Origin: Spirochaetia bacterium
GTDB lineage: Bacteria > Spirochaetota > Spirochaetia > DSM-2461
DNA: 64,000 nucleotides
Direction: 5' to 3'
NCBI GenBank assembly: GCA_963668315.1
Contig: OY764216.1
Coordinates: forward strand, 3,584,001 to 3,648,000
The notes beneath the pieces are model-generated. The model worked only from the letters and a program-made list of their open reading frames with translations. It was not told the origin of the DNA and did not search any database. Position numbers and translations under genes: made by a program. Of this stretch, positions 21,101 through 30,812 are shown in pieces. Each line of letters begins with the position of its first letter. Positions within the stretch are counted from its first letter, which is position 1.

Positions 21101-22384
21101 GATCCCCTGCAGCTTAACACGGCTTACAGCACCAAGGATAAGGGAGTAACAAGGGCGGCGGTGGATATAACAGAAAATTATATAACCATTCCCTATTTTG
21201 AAATGAATGTGGGCAAGACGGGAACGGTCGGCCTCAGGGGCGGTATACTCCTGGACGGCTGGTCCCTGGAAGAATTTCATTTCGACTTCAGTATGATAGG
21301 GAAGAACGGCGGATCCGTGCCTATGATCTACCCCATCAAGGGGCTGGCCCTGAACGGAGAAGCTTCGGGGGATGTTTCATTCTACGGGACGGGCCAGCAG
21401 TACTTCATTACTGGGGAGCTCCTCCTGGACCGCATGGTTTTGTCCCTGGCCCAGACCCCCAAAAAGCCTCATATTCCCCGTAATGAACGGCCCGACCCCT
21501 GGGACCTGAATGTGGATGTGAGCTTCATAACGGGCAAGGATGTATCCATGGTCGTTCCCAATGAGGATTTTCATGTGGTAAAAGCGCAGCTCGATATAGA
21601 TCAGAAACTCCGGTTTCAGCTTGACAATATCCCCTGGCTGTTCTCCCTGACGGGAGACCTTGCCGTCAGGACAGGGGATATCGCTTATTTTGACAAGAAT
21701 TTCAATCTGACCGAAGGGCATGTGACCTTTGAGGAGAACCAGGAGAACTTCGATCCCTTTCTGGATATTACCGCCGAAACCGACCTTACCTACCAGGGAA
21801 ACGACGTCACTCTCATCATCGATTATGAAGGCTCCCTGTTCGGAGATTTCGATCCCCAGTTCAGCTCCATACCGTCCTATTCGGAACGGGAAATCCTGGC
21901 GATGCTGGAACCCTTCCAGACAGGAGACAATACGGCTATCGCCGTTGCTCTGGGCTCTTATGCGGATAAATATACCTTTTCCGCCCCCTTTGAGGAGGGC
22001 CTGAAAGATGCCCTCAATGTAGATATGGTAACGATTGAAACGGGCTTTTTGAAAAATATCATTGAAGATCAATTGAATGCAGGCCAGGGGGTTTATACAA
22101 ATGGTAGTTCTCAATATAATGTAGCGAGATATATGGATGATACCTATCTCAATGTGGGTAAGTATCTGGGAAGGGATCTTTTCGTGGCCGGGGGAATAAG
22201 CGTTGATTACGATGAAAGACGTACCGTCATGAACGGAATGGGCTTTGATTTTAATGTAACTTTGGAAATGGAGACTCCTTTCTTTAATATAGGCTGGACC
22301 TATTTACCCGATGACTTGGACAGCCGTGATTCATCGGATGGCTTTATTAGTGATTCGAGCATAACCATAAATTTCAGGCTTTAA
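18122..22384 (+). CDS. tamB: TamB-like translocation/assembly module protein
   Basis: 1420 aa, N-terminal anchor, beta-rich, DUF490-like C-terminus (FDPFLDITAET, FSSIPSYSEREIL); directly upstream of bamA. Confidence 0.8.
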   Translation: MIKKQFYQIALLIFMLLIMIGLYLPIRSHMVEQLEKIKSSLISSWEREYGMEIKYRSASPTIINSLRIRDFSLSSGERADFSFNSERISLFYGLRPFSRDSHKISLNRLLIKRGMVYINLPSDSTPGETPDPKEISSRIQHIISAYFPSAVVELRDITVRIVRGGEIYHWNIGLLRCSAEDDSINISHKGSFTGGDDVSFALTARGSVGTALDRLNFSTRLENFDSSILGFDRLDFQVGMNGDELRISKVSDKFPVDISLQKKGDLWSLKYQSEDFTPSDIFSPGREWQDYAPWFGLTLDGSLQCDYDSTTKVPLYSTDLVMKGNNDFIREHLGGYTTVRLVLSGEQWNISSRLVDVKAPIGHFSYSGDMHLTDRQARGTFLIDRGRITPDLFLSAKWDILLDDSQFSLNTDSLTLGEKESGSLTLSGEAQWEKRNILANAVYTGPLADYISLDIYADFIDSLSLKTWYDIQSLNLPELLDTAGLVSPESPLLSLSRNATVNSRGSLDLSDSVLTAMVDRIDLLSPDFRFSAEGYGNGKKIVVSDLLFEKGNNRVVGSLTGAMGDITTLQSRLTYNGSPFDLDMIWQKEERTVAVEGSYDLKGDLRYFDNGMVHFNLASSPIPFNLRDNGLKMKLGMSGMISPDRWSVNFLENKIIISDSPYLYPAEISFSGLLDNSTLHINKMEWKDDFSKIQGNGKLLLPLAGSRQFNGWLTLDSDRDEKYKFLFFKDGSHYNGYGDIENLIVKRIKALDREGTISASLNFQDLPLNSKVKGNIEASLEDMGSLSCSLDLNDERVLLTDLEGDFGSARFNSGLITFNRNGGDLTMSLGLGGVLAKKEWKTGLYLKGRSEDILNPEKANFSGVLKTEEISFNGSVVSPPLSFHMDREGEDISLYNDDREVFNSYYSLSSGQIIVNSEKLLPLSFDLRGILRSDVLDVTLSRIYMDMKKANSFMPVDYASKKPMVEFDQGILRGQMTLKGTPASPDINGVLTIDPLQLNTAYSTKDKGVTRAAVDITENYITIPYFEMNVGKTGTVGLRGGILLDGWSLEEFHFDFSMIGKNGGSVPMIYPIKGLALNGEASGDVSFYGTGQQYFITGELLLDRMVLSLAQTPKKPHIPRNERPDPWDLNVDVSFITGKDVSMVVPNEDFHVVKAQLDIDQKLRFQLDNIPWLFSLTGDLAVRTGDIAYFDKNFNLTEGHVTFEENQENFDPFLDITAETDLTYQGNDVTLIIDYEGSLFGDFDPQFSSIPSYSEREILAMLEPFQTGDNTAIAVALGSYADKYTFSAPFEEGLKDALNVDMVTIETGFLKNIIEDQLNAGQGVYTNGSSQYNVARYMDDTYLNVGKYLGRDLFVAGGISVDYDERRTVMNGMGFDFNVTLEMETPFFNIGWTYLPDDLDSRDSSDGFISDSSITINFRL

Positions 22385-22404
22385 TAATTTTTGTAGGAGA
22401 AAAG

Positions 22405-24879
22405 ATGAGGAAATTCTGGCTTACTCTGCTTTTTGCAGCACTTGTTTTGCCCCTTTTTTCGCAGGAAGACGACAGGGATTGGTACCTAAACAAGAAAATA
22501 GTCGATATACGTTTCACCGGCTTGGAGACAATTTCTGAAAATGAATTGAAAGCGGTGACGAAGGAATTCATAGGCAAGGAGTTTACGGACACCCTTTCCT
22601 GGGAAATTCAGGCACGCCTCTATGCCCTTGAGTACTTCGATTTGATCCTGGCTTCGGTCCACCCCGGAGACAGCGCCAGGTCTACGGCCATCATAGAATT
22701 CCGTGTTGAGGAGAAGCCTTCCGTCGATGAAATCATCTACACGGGAAACGAGCGCATCAGAAAAAGCGAACTCCGCGATACGGTTCTGGTGACCCGGGGA
22801 GATATCCTCAACAACTCCGCCATCAGGCAGGACAAGGACTCCATCGCGGCCCTTTATCTCGAAAAGGGTTTTCTCGATACGAAAGTAGACTTTCTCACCG
22901 AAGTGGACGAAGAGACCAATACGGCGAAAATCATTTTCAATATCGATGAAGGCATTCAGACAAAAATCAGCCAGATAAAGATAGAGGGGAACAGCAGCGA
23001 AATATCCTCGAGAACCCTACTCGGCCTTATGAGCCTGAAACCTCAGTCGATCTTCAACAAGGGTATTTACGTGGAAAGCACCCTGCAGGAAGATCTGACC
23101 GCCATTAAGAATTACTACCGTTCCCGCGGCTATATCGATATGGATGTGGCTCAGATAAACAGGGATATTGTTCTCGATGAAGAGGACGGCATCAACAAAA
23201 TGGTCATATCCATTCTCATCGATGAAGGCCCGGAGTACAAATTCGGGGATGTCAGCTTTTCGGGCAACAGTATTTTCACCGATGAGGAGCTTTCCGAGTA
23301 TTTTAAAATGCTCAAAAACGGCCAGACTCTGAACATGCTCTCCTTCGAGAACGGATTCCAGCAGGTCAGCGAGCAGTATTACGAAAACGGCTACATCTAC
23401 AACAATATTGACTATACCATGGACAAGAACGAGTCCACCGGCATGGTCTCCTTTAACATCACGATTCAGGAAAGGGACAGAGCCCATATTGAGAGCATCA
23501 CCGTAAAGGGAAACGACACCACCAAGGATTATGTTATCCTCAGGGAGATTCCCCTCGAAGTGGGCGATGTATTCAACCGCACGAAGCTGATCGAAGGCTG
23601 GCAGAATCTGATGAGCACCCAGTACTTCTCTTCGGTGGAGCCCCAGACCTATCAGGGATCAACCGACCTTCTCATGGATCTTGTTATCGATGTGGAAGAG
23701 GGCCAGACGGCGAATATTCTCTTCGGCATGACTTTTTCGGGAGGGGATGAATTCCCCATCTCCGGTCAGCTTCAGTGGAGCGATTCCAATATTCTGGGAA
23801 CCGGAAAGAGCGTCGGCGTCTCCAGTACCTTCTCCTTCGGAACCCAGTCTCTTTCCCTTAAGTACACCGAACCCTGGCTTTTCGGCCTGCGCTGGTCCGG
23901 CGGATTTGACCTCACCTATACCCACGACGCGGAAAGCTCGGCGGAACAGGATACGGACGGTGACGGGATTCCCGATCCCTACGATACGATGGCCGAATAT
24001 GAAGCGGCTTCCGCCAAAGTGCCTACGGAAGATAAAATGACCTACGAGTCCCACTATATATCCGCCGGATTCAGCACGGGATATACCTGGCCTACCTTTA
24101 TGGGAAGAGTTACCGCGTCCACCAGTATACGAAGCGGTATCGAATATCTGACCTATGACGAGGACTATTTCACGCCCTACAGCGATACGATCTCCGATAA
24201 CCTGGACTGCTGGAAGTATTTCGACACCCTTTCAGTCAAGGGCATTCTCGACAAGCGGGATATAACCTACGATCCTAATAAGGGCTACATTTTCAGCCAG
24301 TCCCTCACCATGGCCGGTCTGACACAGGTATCTACCAAGCAGTATTTCAAATCCATATCAAAGCTGGGGCTGTATAAAACCCTGTTCGACATTCCCCTTG
24401 ACGAAGACAGTAACTTCAAAGCGGTACTCGGACTGGACAGTGCCTTCTCCTATATTTTTGAGAAACCCTGGGTGGAGGATTATATCCTGGATCTGAGCGA
24501 TGAGGGATTCTATATTGACGGTATGTTCATCGCTCGCGGATGGAACGTGGAAACGGGGGGGAAAGCCCTCTGGGACAGCACGCTCTCGCTGAAGTTCCCC
24601 GTGATTCCCCAGATACTTTCCGTGGACGGCTTCCTCGACGTGGTCGGGATGTGGAACAGCGATCTGGCGCTGAAGGAGATGTCTCTGAACGATTTCCGCT
24701 GTTCCCTCGGGGCCGGTGTCCGCTTTGCCAACCCCGCCTTTCCCATCGGGCTGTACCTGGTTAAAAAGTTTACCTTCGATGAAGACGGTAAGGTCGATTG
24801 GAACCCTGAGGCTGAATACAATGCCTTCCAGGACTGGGGCATGGATCTTGTCATAGCCTTTGAGTTGGACATATATTAA
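22405..24879 (+). CDS. bamA: Outer membrane protein assembly factor BamA
   Basis: Signal peptide, POTRA repeats (GN..TKDYVILREI), N.LG.G, YTEPWLF, terminal aromatic residue. Confidence 0.95.
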   Translation: MRKFWLTLLFAALVLPLFSQEDDRDWYLNKKIVDIRFTGLETISENELKAVTKEFIGKEFTDTLSWEIQARLYALEYFDLILASVHPGDSARSTAIIEFRVEEKPSVDEIIYTGNERIRKSELRDTVLVTRGDILNNSAIRQDKDSIAALYLEKGFLDTKVDFLTEVDEETNTAKIIFNIDEGIQTKISQIKIEGNSSEISSRTLLGLMSLKPQSIFNKGIYVESTLQEDLTAIKNYYRSRGYIDMDVAQINRDIVLDEEDGINKMVISILIDEGPEYKFGDVSFSGNSIFTDEELSEYFKMLKNGQTLNMLSFENGFQQVSEQYYENGYIYNNIDYTMDKNESTGMVSFNITIQERDRAHIESITVKGNDTTKDYVILREIPLEVGDVFNRTKLIEGWQNLMSTQYFSSVEPQTYQGSTDLLMDLVIDVEEGQTANILFGMTFSGGDEFPISGQLQWSDSNILGTGKSVGVSSTFSFGTQSLSLKYTEPWLFGLRWSGGFDLTYTHDAESSAEQDTDGDGIPDPYDTMAEYEAASAKVPTEDKMTYESHYISAGFSTGYTWPTFMGRVTASTSIRSGIEYLTYDEDYFTPYSDTISDNLDCWKYFDTLSVKGILDKRDITYDPNKGYIFSQSLTMAGLTQVSTKQYFKSISKLGLYKTLFDIPLDEDSNFKAVLGLDSAFSYIFEKPWVEDYILDLSDEGFYIDGMFIARGWNVETGGKALWDSTLSLKFPVIPQILSVDGFLDVVGMWNSDLALKEMSLNDFRCSLGAGVRFANPAFPIGLYLVKKFTFDEDGKVDWNPEAEYNAFQDWGMDLVIAFELDIY

Positions 24880-24897
24880 ATAACGGGAGAATTACCA

Positions 24898-25416
24898 ATG
24901 AAGAGATACATTATTACACTGCTGCTTTTTGCCTTGAGCGGAATGCTCTTTTCCCAACAGATAACGAGAATGGCCGTCGTGGATTACTCCCGGCTGCTCT
25001 CCGTGTATTACCAGGATTCAAGGAAGATCAAGGAAGTCAACGATTTCGAAAACGAAATCATGGAAGAGCTGGCGTCCATTCAGGACGAGATATCCGACCT
25101 GGAAGAGAAGAAGATTGATGCGGAAAGAAACGGGGACCAGGAGTCTGTTCTCTCCTTTGACGAAATGATCGATCAGAAGAAAAAATACCAGCAGGATTAT
25201 CTTCGTATCAAGAAGACGCAGCTGAATAACATGAAAGAGAAATACGCGTCCAGCCTCTCCATGACGACAGAGATTTATGACGCCATCGTCTACGTCTCCC
25301 AGAGCGAAGGTTACTCCTTCGTTATGAAAAAAAGCGATCCCGATCTCGTCTGGTGGTCGCCCGATGTGGATATAACCGATGCGGTTCTTAATCGGCTCTC
25401 GATCATGAACAGATAG
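24898..25416 (+). CDS. skp: OmpH/Skp family chaperone
   Basis: Signal peptide, AVVD, coiled coil, EGYSFV, VDITDAVL. Confidence 0.88.
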   Translation: MKRYIITLLLFALSGMLFSQQITRMAVVDYSRLLSVYYQDSRKIKEVNDFENEIMEELASIQDEISDLEEKKIDAERNGDQESVLSFDEMIDQKKKYQQDYLRIKKTQLNNMKEKYASSLSMTTEIYDAIVYVSQSEGYSFVMKKSDPDLVWWSPDVDITDAVLNRLSIMNR

Positions 25417-25424
25417 GGGGCGAC

Positions 25425-27992
25425 GTGTCTGAAACGACGCCCATGATGAGGCAGTACCTTTCTATAAAAGAACAGCACAAGGATGCTGTTCTTTTTTTCA
25501 GGATGGGGGATTTTTATGAAATGTTCCGCGAGGATGCGCGGGAAGTCAGCAAACTGTTGAATCTTACCCTGACGAAAAGACAGGGAATCATGATGTGCGG
25601 AATTCCCTATCACGCTTCGCAGAACTATATCGGCCGCCTCCTCAAACTGGGCAGAAAAGTGGCCATCTGCGAGCAGACGGAGATGCCTCCCAAAGGGAAG
25701 GGCATTGCCAAAAGGGAAGTGGTGGAGATTATCACTCCCGGCACCATTGTGGATGAAGATTTTCTCGACAAGGGTTCCAACAACTATCTGGCCGCCGTGG
25801 GCTATGAAAATGAAACGATCAACTTCTCCTATATCGATCTCTCCACGGGTGCCTTTTACACATCCCTGACGCCCCTGGAAGGGGGAGCGGATTTTCTGAG
25901 AAGCGAGCTGTTCCGTTTGGCTCCGGGTGAACTCATTCTCCAGGAATCCCTCCTGGAAAAGGATGCCTTTCAATTTCTCAGGGAGGGTCAGTTTTTCCTG
26001 AACAAAATGCCCGACTGGTCCTTTGATATCCGGGCGGGGGAAGCTCTCCTCAAGAAACAGCTCTCCCTCAACAGTCTCAAGGCTTTCGGCATTGAGTCCA
26101 ACAGTCCCCTTGTCATGTCCCCCGGCGTCATACTGGAATATATAGAAGAGACGGCCAAGAGCCTTCTTCCCCATATCGTTTCACTGAAAGTGTACAGTGA
26201 GTCGGATTACCTGGCTCTGGATGAGGCCACAAGAAAGAATCTGGAACTTGTCCGAAACCTGCAGGACGGTTCACGCCACTATACTCTCCTTGAGATTCTG
26301 GACCACACCATGACCCCCATGGGCGCCCGTCTCTTGAAGAACTGGATACAGCACCCCCTGAAGGACATGGAACCCATCCAGGAACGGCTCAGCTGTGTGG
26401 AAATCCTCCATGGCGAACAGCTGCTTCTCCAGCGCCTCCGGGAAGATCTTAAACCGGTTCTCGATCTGGAAAGACTGACGGCCCGTGTCGCCATGGACAA
26501 GGCCCACGGGAAAAACCTTCTCGCCATCGGCACATCCATCGGGCAGTACACCTGCATAAGGGAGAGCTTTTCTCAGAACGACAGGGCCAGAGAGCTTCTC
26601 CATGATCCCTCTATAAACGAGGAAGAGCTCATCGAGCTGACCGATCTTCTCGCCCGGGCGATCAGGGATGAACCATCCATCCTTCTCACCGAAGGAAGAA
26701 TCATCAGGGAAGGCTTCAACGCCGATCTGGATCATCTGCGCCATCTCAAAGAGAACAGCCGCCAGATTCTCGATGAATACCTGGATAGTGAAAGGAAAAT
26801 TTCCGGCATCGGTAATCTGAAAATCAAATACAACAAGATTATCGGCTACTTTTTTGATGTGACCAAAAGCCAGCTTGAACTGGTCCCCGGTCACTTTATC
26901 CGCCGGCAGTCCCTGGTCGGTTCCGAAAGATTCACCACGGAACGGCTGGGAGAGATAGAAACGGAGATCAACAGCGCCTCCGACAAAATAATCGATCTGG
27001 AAAAGGAGATATTCCTCGAGGTCAGGCAGAAGGTTAAGGACAAACTCCCCCTTCTCCAGCATGTCTCATCCTTCTTCTCCCGCATCGACTGTCTCCAATC
27101 CCTGGCCTACGGCGCCACGGTGAACGGATACGTGAAACCCCGGCTGACCCTGGAAACGGAACTGTCCATTAATAACGGGAGACATCCGGTGGTTGAATAC
27201 CATCTTCCCCCCGGGGAATTCGTACCCAATTCCCTCGACCTGGACAGCGACGGCGTCTCCTTCGCTCTCATTACCGGGCCGAATATGGCGGGAAAATCCA
27301 CCTTCCTGCGCCAGACCGCCCTCATTACACTTATGGCGCAGATAGGCTCCTACATCCCCGCCCTGGAGGGGAAAATATCCCTTGTGGACAGGATCTTCTG
27401 CCGGGTAGGGGCTACGGACAATCTGGCTCGGGGGGAATCGACTTTTCTGGTGGAAATGAATGAAACCGCCTATATCCTCAGGAATTCCACGTCCCGCAGC
27501 CTTATCATCATGGATGAGGTGGGAAGAGGAACCAGTACCGAAGACGGTTTGTCCATCGCCTGGGCCATTAGCGAATACCTGCTCAATACGATCGGCGCCA
27601 AAACCCTTTTCGCCACCCATTACCATGAACTGACCGATCTGAATCATCCCCGTATGAAAAACCTGTCCCTCCAGGTGGAGGAAAGAGGCCTGGAAGTTCT
27701 TTTCCTCAAAAAGATAAACCCCGGTCCATCGAATAACTCCTACGGAATCCATGTGGCCTCTCTGGCGGGAATTCCCAAGGAAGTGATCTCCCGGGCCCGG
27801 GAAATTCTCAAATCCATTGAGGGGGGCGAGAAAAAAGTGATCCCCCCCCATGAGGAGAAAACGGATCAGATTAACCTTTTTGACGAAGGGGAAATGATTC
27901 TCAGCGATCTGGAAGCTCTTGATATCAACGGGATAACCCCCCTGGACGCCTTGAATAAAATCAGCAACTGGAAAAAGCGTCTTTCGGAGTAG
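25425..27992 (+). CDS. mutS: DNA mismatch repair protein MutS
   Basis: TPMMRQY, FRMGDFYE, TGPNMAGKST, DEVGRGTS, FATHYHEL. Confidence 0.98.
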   Translation: MSETTPMMRQYLSIKEQHKDAVLFFRMGDFYEMFREDAREVSKLLNLTLTKRQGIMMCGIPYHASQNYIGRLLKLGRKVAICEQTEMPPKGKGIAKREVVEIITPGTIVDEDFLDKGSNNYLAAVGYENETINFSYIDLSTGAFYTSLTPLEGGADFLRSELFRLAPGELILQESLLEKDAFQFLREGQFFLNKMPDWSFDIRAGEALLKKQLSLNSLKAFGIESNSPLVMSPGVILEYIEETAKSLLPHIVSLKVYSESDYLALDEATRKNLELVRNLQDGSRHYTLLEILDHTMTPMGARLLKNWIQHPLKDMEPIQERLSCVEILHGEQLLLQRLREDLKPVLDLERLTARVAMDKAHGKNLLAIGTSIGQYTCIRESFSQNDRARELLHDPSINEEELIELTDLLARAIRDEPSILLTEGRIIREGFNADLDHLRHLKENSRQILDEYLDSERKISGIGNLKIKYNKIIGYFFDVTKSQLELVPGHFIRRQSLVGSERFTTERLGEIETEINSASDKIIDLEKEIFLEVRQKVKDKLPLLQHVSSFFSRIDCLQSLAYGATVNGYVKPRLTLETELSINNGRHPVVEYHLPPGEFVPNSLDLDSDGVSFALITGPNMAGKSTFLRQTALITLMAQIGSYIPALEGKISLVDRIFCRVGATDNLARGESTFLVEMNETAYILRNSTSRSLIIMDEVGRGTSTEDGLSIAWAISEYLLNTIGAKTLFATHYHELTDLNHPRMKNLSLQVEERGLEVLFLKKINPGPSNNSYGIHVASLAGIPKEVISRAREILKSIEGGEKKVIPPHEEKTDQINLFDEGEMILSDLEALDINGITPLDALNKISNWKKRLSE

Positions 27993-28019
27993 GGGGAAAA
28001 AAAATCTCTCCCTCTCATT

Positions 28020-28721
28020 ATGAAGGGAATTCAAATACTCCATATTCTGGCCGGCCGCACCGCCTGCCTACTCTGCGGCACCATAGACAGCTCCTCCCTG
28101 GTTCTGGGGATTTGTGCAAGATGCCGGCGTGATCTGAGGCGGGAAGAGACGGGAGTCAGGCAGCACCGACAATGCCGCCGTTGCGGAATGGATCTCTTAT
28201 CGGAAAAAGAGCTTTGCACCGAATGCCGCCGGGTAAATGACAAGGTGAGAAACACCTCTCTCTATGTCTACCGGGGCACCGTTAAGGATCTTATCCGTTT
28301 CTACAAATTTCAGGATCAGAAAAAGCTGGCCTGTTTTTTCGCCCATCAGATTCACCGCAGTCTTGTGAGACAAGGTCTGGAGGCATGGGTTCTGGTTCCC
28401 GTTCCCCCCGCAAAGGGCAAGATATTCCGCAAGGGCTGGGATCAGATCGATCTGATTCTTGCCGTTCTGGAACGGAAGGGCTGGCAAAGGGCCGATCTGC
28501 TGCTTAACAGGGGCAGAAGGTCTCAAAAGAGCCTGGATCGTACGGATAGGATCAGTCAGTCACCGGAACGCTATCATCTGCGGAAGAGTATTATCCTGCC
28601 CAGGAAGATACTCATAATCGATGATGTTTTCACCACAGGTGCGACAATCAAGGCATGCACCGAGGTTCTACTGGAAGGGGGAGCGGAACAGGTCCGCTCC
28701 CTTACCATAGCCCGGGACTAG
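28020..28721 (+). CDS. comF: ComF family protein
   Basis: Double zinc ribbon (CxxC motifs) and PRTase motif [11 protein letters not shown]. Confidence 0.88.
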   Translation: MKGIQILHILAGRTACLLCGTIDSSSLVLGICARCRRDLRREETGVRQHRQCRRCGMDLLSEKELCTECRRVNDKVRNTSLYVYRGTVKDLIRFYKFQDQKKLACFFAHQIHRSLVRQGLEAWVLVPVPPAKGKIFRKGWDQIDLILAVLERKGWQRADLLLNRGRRSQKSLDRTDRISQSPERYHLRKSIILPRKILIIDDVFTTGATIKACTEVLLEGGAEQVRSLTIARD

Positions 28722-30730
28722 GCTTTCTGGGCGAAATGGCTGAACTCCATGGAGAAGGTACCCCGTCCCTGAGTCTGACTCCTGAGGGACGTGGAATATC
28801 CGAACAGCTTGGAGAGGGGAGCCTGAGCCTTGACCAGTTCGAAGGAAGGCTTCGACTCCATGCTGCTGACAAGCCCGCCTCTCTGTGTAAGGCTGCTGAT
28901 CACATCCCCCACATAATCGGCAGGACACATGATATCCACATGCATGATGGGTTCCATCAAGACCGGAGACGCATTCCGGCAGGCATTATCCATACCCAGC
29001 GACGCGGCGGCTTCAAAGGCCAGCTCGGTACTCAGATTTTCGTCATATTCGCCGTCGAGGAGAGTGGCTTTTACGTCTATCATGGCGTAACCCATCAGCG
29101 TTCCCGACTGGAGGGCGTTCATCATGCCCCTCTTAACCGCTTCCTGTATATCCAGGGGAATCCGGTTCTTAGGAACCTCCGAATGGAAACTGTTGCCGGC
29201 ACCCCTGGTATCCGGTTCTATCCTGAACTTGATAACCGCACGGTTTTCCTTGCCGGCCAGGGTTTTCTCAAAAACTTCCCTGTGCTCATAGGCCGCCGTA
29301 ATGGCTTCCCGGTAGGAAACCTGGGGATTACCGACATTAGCCTCGACCTTATACTCTTTCCGGAGTCTTGTGGTCAGAACGTCCAGATGAAGCTCTCCCA
29401 TACCGGAAATAACCAGCTGTCCCGTCTCCTCATTCTCATTAACGGCGAAGGTGGGGTCTTCCTTGTGAAGCAGATCGAGAGCCTGCCTCATTTTATCCTG
29501 GTCGCTCATGGTCTTCGGTTCGATGGCCACGGAGATTACCGGTTCGGGAAAATCCATCGATTCGAGGAGTACGGGAAAACCTTCGCTTCCGATGGTGTCA
29601 CCGGTCTGCGCCAGCTTCATTCCCACGATTACGGCGATGTCTCCCGCCTCCAGGCTGCTGATCTGTTCATGATGATTTGAGTGCATTCTGAGAATCCGGT
29701 TCACCCTTTCCCGCTTCTTCTTGCTGATGTTCATAACGGCGGTGCCGCTTTTCAGCACGCCCGAATAGAGACGGACAAAACAAAGAGAACCCATTTCCCT
29801 GTCCTGCTGAATTTTGAAGACAAGACCGGCCAGAGGACCGTTTTTGTCCCTCTCCAGCTGAACTTCCTCATCCTTTTTCACATGATGGCAGGGAACGGCA
29901 GGCAGATCGGTGGGACCGGGAAGATAATCGATAACTCCGTCCAGAAGGGGCTGGACACCTTTATTTTTCAGGGAGGAGCCGACGAAAACAGGAACGATGT
30001 TCCGGGCGATAGTCTCTTTCCTGAGGACTTTCTTAAGAAGTTCCTCGGGAATGGGAGCTCCCTCCAGATAAAGCTCGGTGATCTCGTCGGAGAAAGCAGA
30101 AAGGCTGTCCACCATTTTCTCCCGCCACTCCTCGGCCAGAGCCTGACGGTCCTCGGCAATGGGAGAAAAAGAGAATTTCTCCCCCTGCGTCTCCATATCC
30201 CAGCGGATCTCCTCCATACGGAAGAGATCAATATTGCCCTCATAGGCCGTTTCCGCTCCGATGGGGAGGGAGAGGGGAATAGGAAGGGCCCCCAGTTTTT
30301 TCTCTATTTCGTCGAGAACATTATAAAAATCGGCTCCCGTTCTGTCCATTTTATTGACATACACGATCCGGGGGACTTCGTACTTATCGGCCTGGTGCCA
30401 GACCGTTTCCGACTGGGGCTCCACGGCTCCCACAGCGCAGAAGATGGCGACGGCACCGTCCAGTACTCTCAGGGACCGCTCAACTTCGGCCGTGAAATCC
30501 ACATGACCCGGAGTATCGATGATATTGATCTGGTTTTCCTTCCAGTAACAGGTAGTGGCGGCGGAAACGATGGTGATTCCCCGGTCCTGCTCCTGTTCCA
30601 TCCAGTCCATGGTCGCACTGCCGTCATCGACTTCGCCAATCTTATGGCTTTTGCCCGTATAATAAAGAATTCTTTCCGACGTAGTCGTTTTTCCGGCATC
30701 AATATGTGCCATGATTCCAATATTTCTCAT
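28718..30730 (-). CDS. Elongation factor G paralogue, spirochaete EF-G2 type
   Basis: [30 protein letters not shown]; domain IV loops diverged; start set at MRNIGIM (30730). Confidence 0.9.
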   Translation of the reverse strand: MRNIGIMAHIDAGKTTTSERILYYTGKSHKIGEVDDGSATMDWMEQEQDRGITIVSAATTCYWKENQINIIDTPGHVDFTAEVERSLRVLDGAVAIFCAVGAVEPQSETVWHQADKYEVPRIVYVNKMDRTGADFYNVLDEIEKKLGALPIPLSLPIGAETAYEGNIDLFRMEEIRWDMETQGEKFSFSPIAEDRQALAEEWREKMVDSLSAFSDEITELYLEGAPIPEELLKKVLRKETIARNIVPVFVGSSLKNKGVQPLLDGVIDYLPGPTDLPAVPCHHVKKDEEVQLERDKNGPLAGLVFKIQQDREMGSLCFVRLYSGVLKSGTAVMNISKKKRERVNRILRMHSNHHEQISSLEAGDIAVIVGMKLAQTGDTIGSEGFPVLLESMDFPEPVISVAIEPKTMSDQDKMRQALDLLHKEDPTFAVNENEETGQLVISGMGELHLDVLTTRLRKEYKVEANVGNPQVSYREAITAAYEHREVFEKTLAGKENRAVIKFRIEPDTRGAGNSFHSEVPKNRIPLDIQEAVKRGMMNALQSGTLMGYAMIDVKATLLDGEYDENLSTELAFEAAASLGMDNACRNASPVLMEPIMHVDIMCPADYVGDVISSLTQRGGLVSSMESKPSFELVKAQAPLSKLFGYSTSLRSQTQGRGTFSMEFSHFAQKA

Positions 30731-30737
30731 AGGGTGA

Positions 30738-30766
30738 ATCATAGCATAAAACACCTATCCGATCAA
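30738..30766 (-). promoter_or_regulatory. Candidate promoter TTGATC-17-TATGAT (extended -10), 7 nt before the EF-G2 ATG
   Basis: -35 at 30766-30761, TGn, -10 at 30743-30738. Confidence 0.6.
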
Positions 30767-30777
30767 TCTGCCCCGCA

Positions 30778-30806
30778 TTGACAAAAGAAGGAAAAAGAGT
30801 GATGCT
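30778..30806 (+). promoter_or_regulatory. Candidate promoter TTGACA-17-GATGCT, 6 nt before ATG 30813
   Basis: Perfect -35 at 30778-30783. Confidence 0.5.
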
Positions 30807-30812
30807 TTTCCC

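Noticed and set aside
28655..30781. Two long plus-strand ORFs (341 and 366 aa)
   Set aside because: Shadows of the EF-G gene; no protein-like features.
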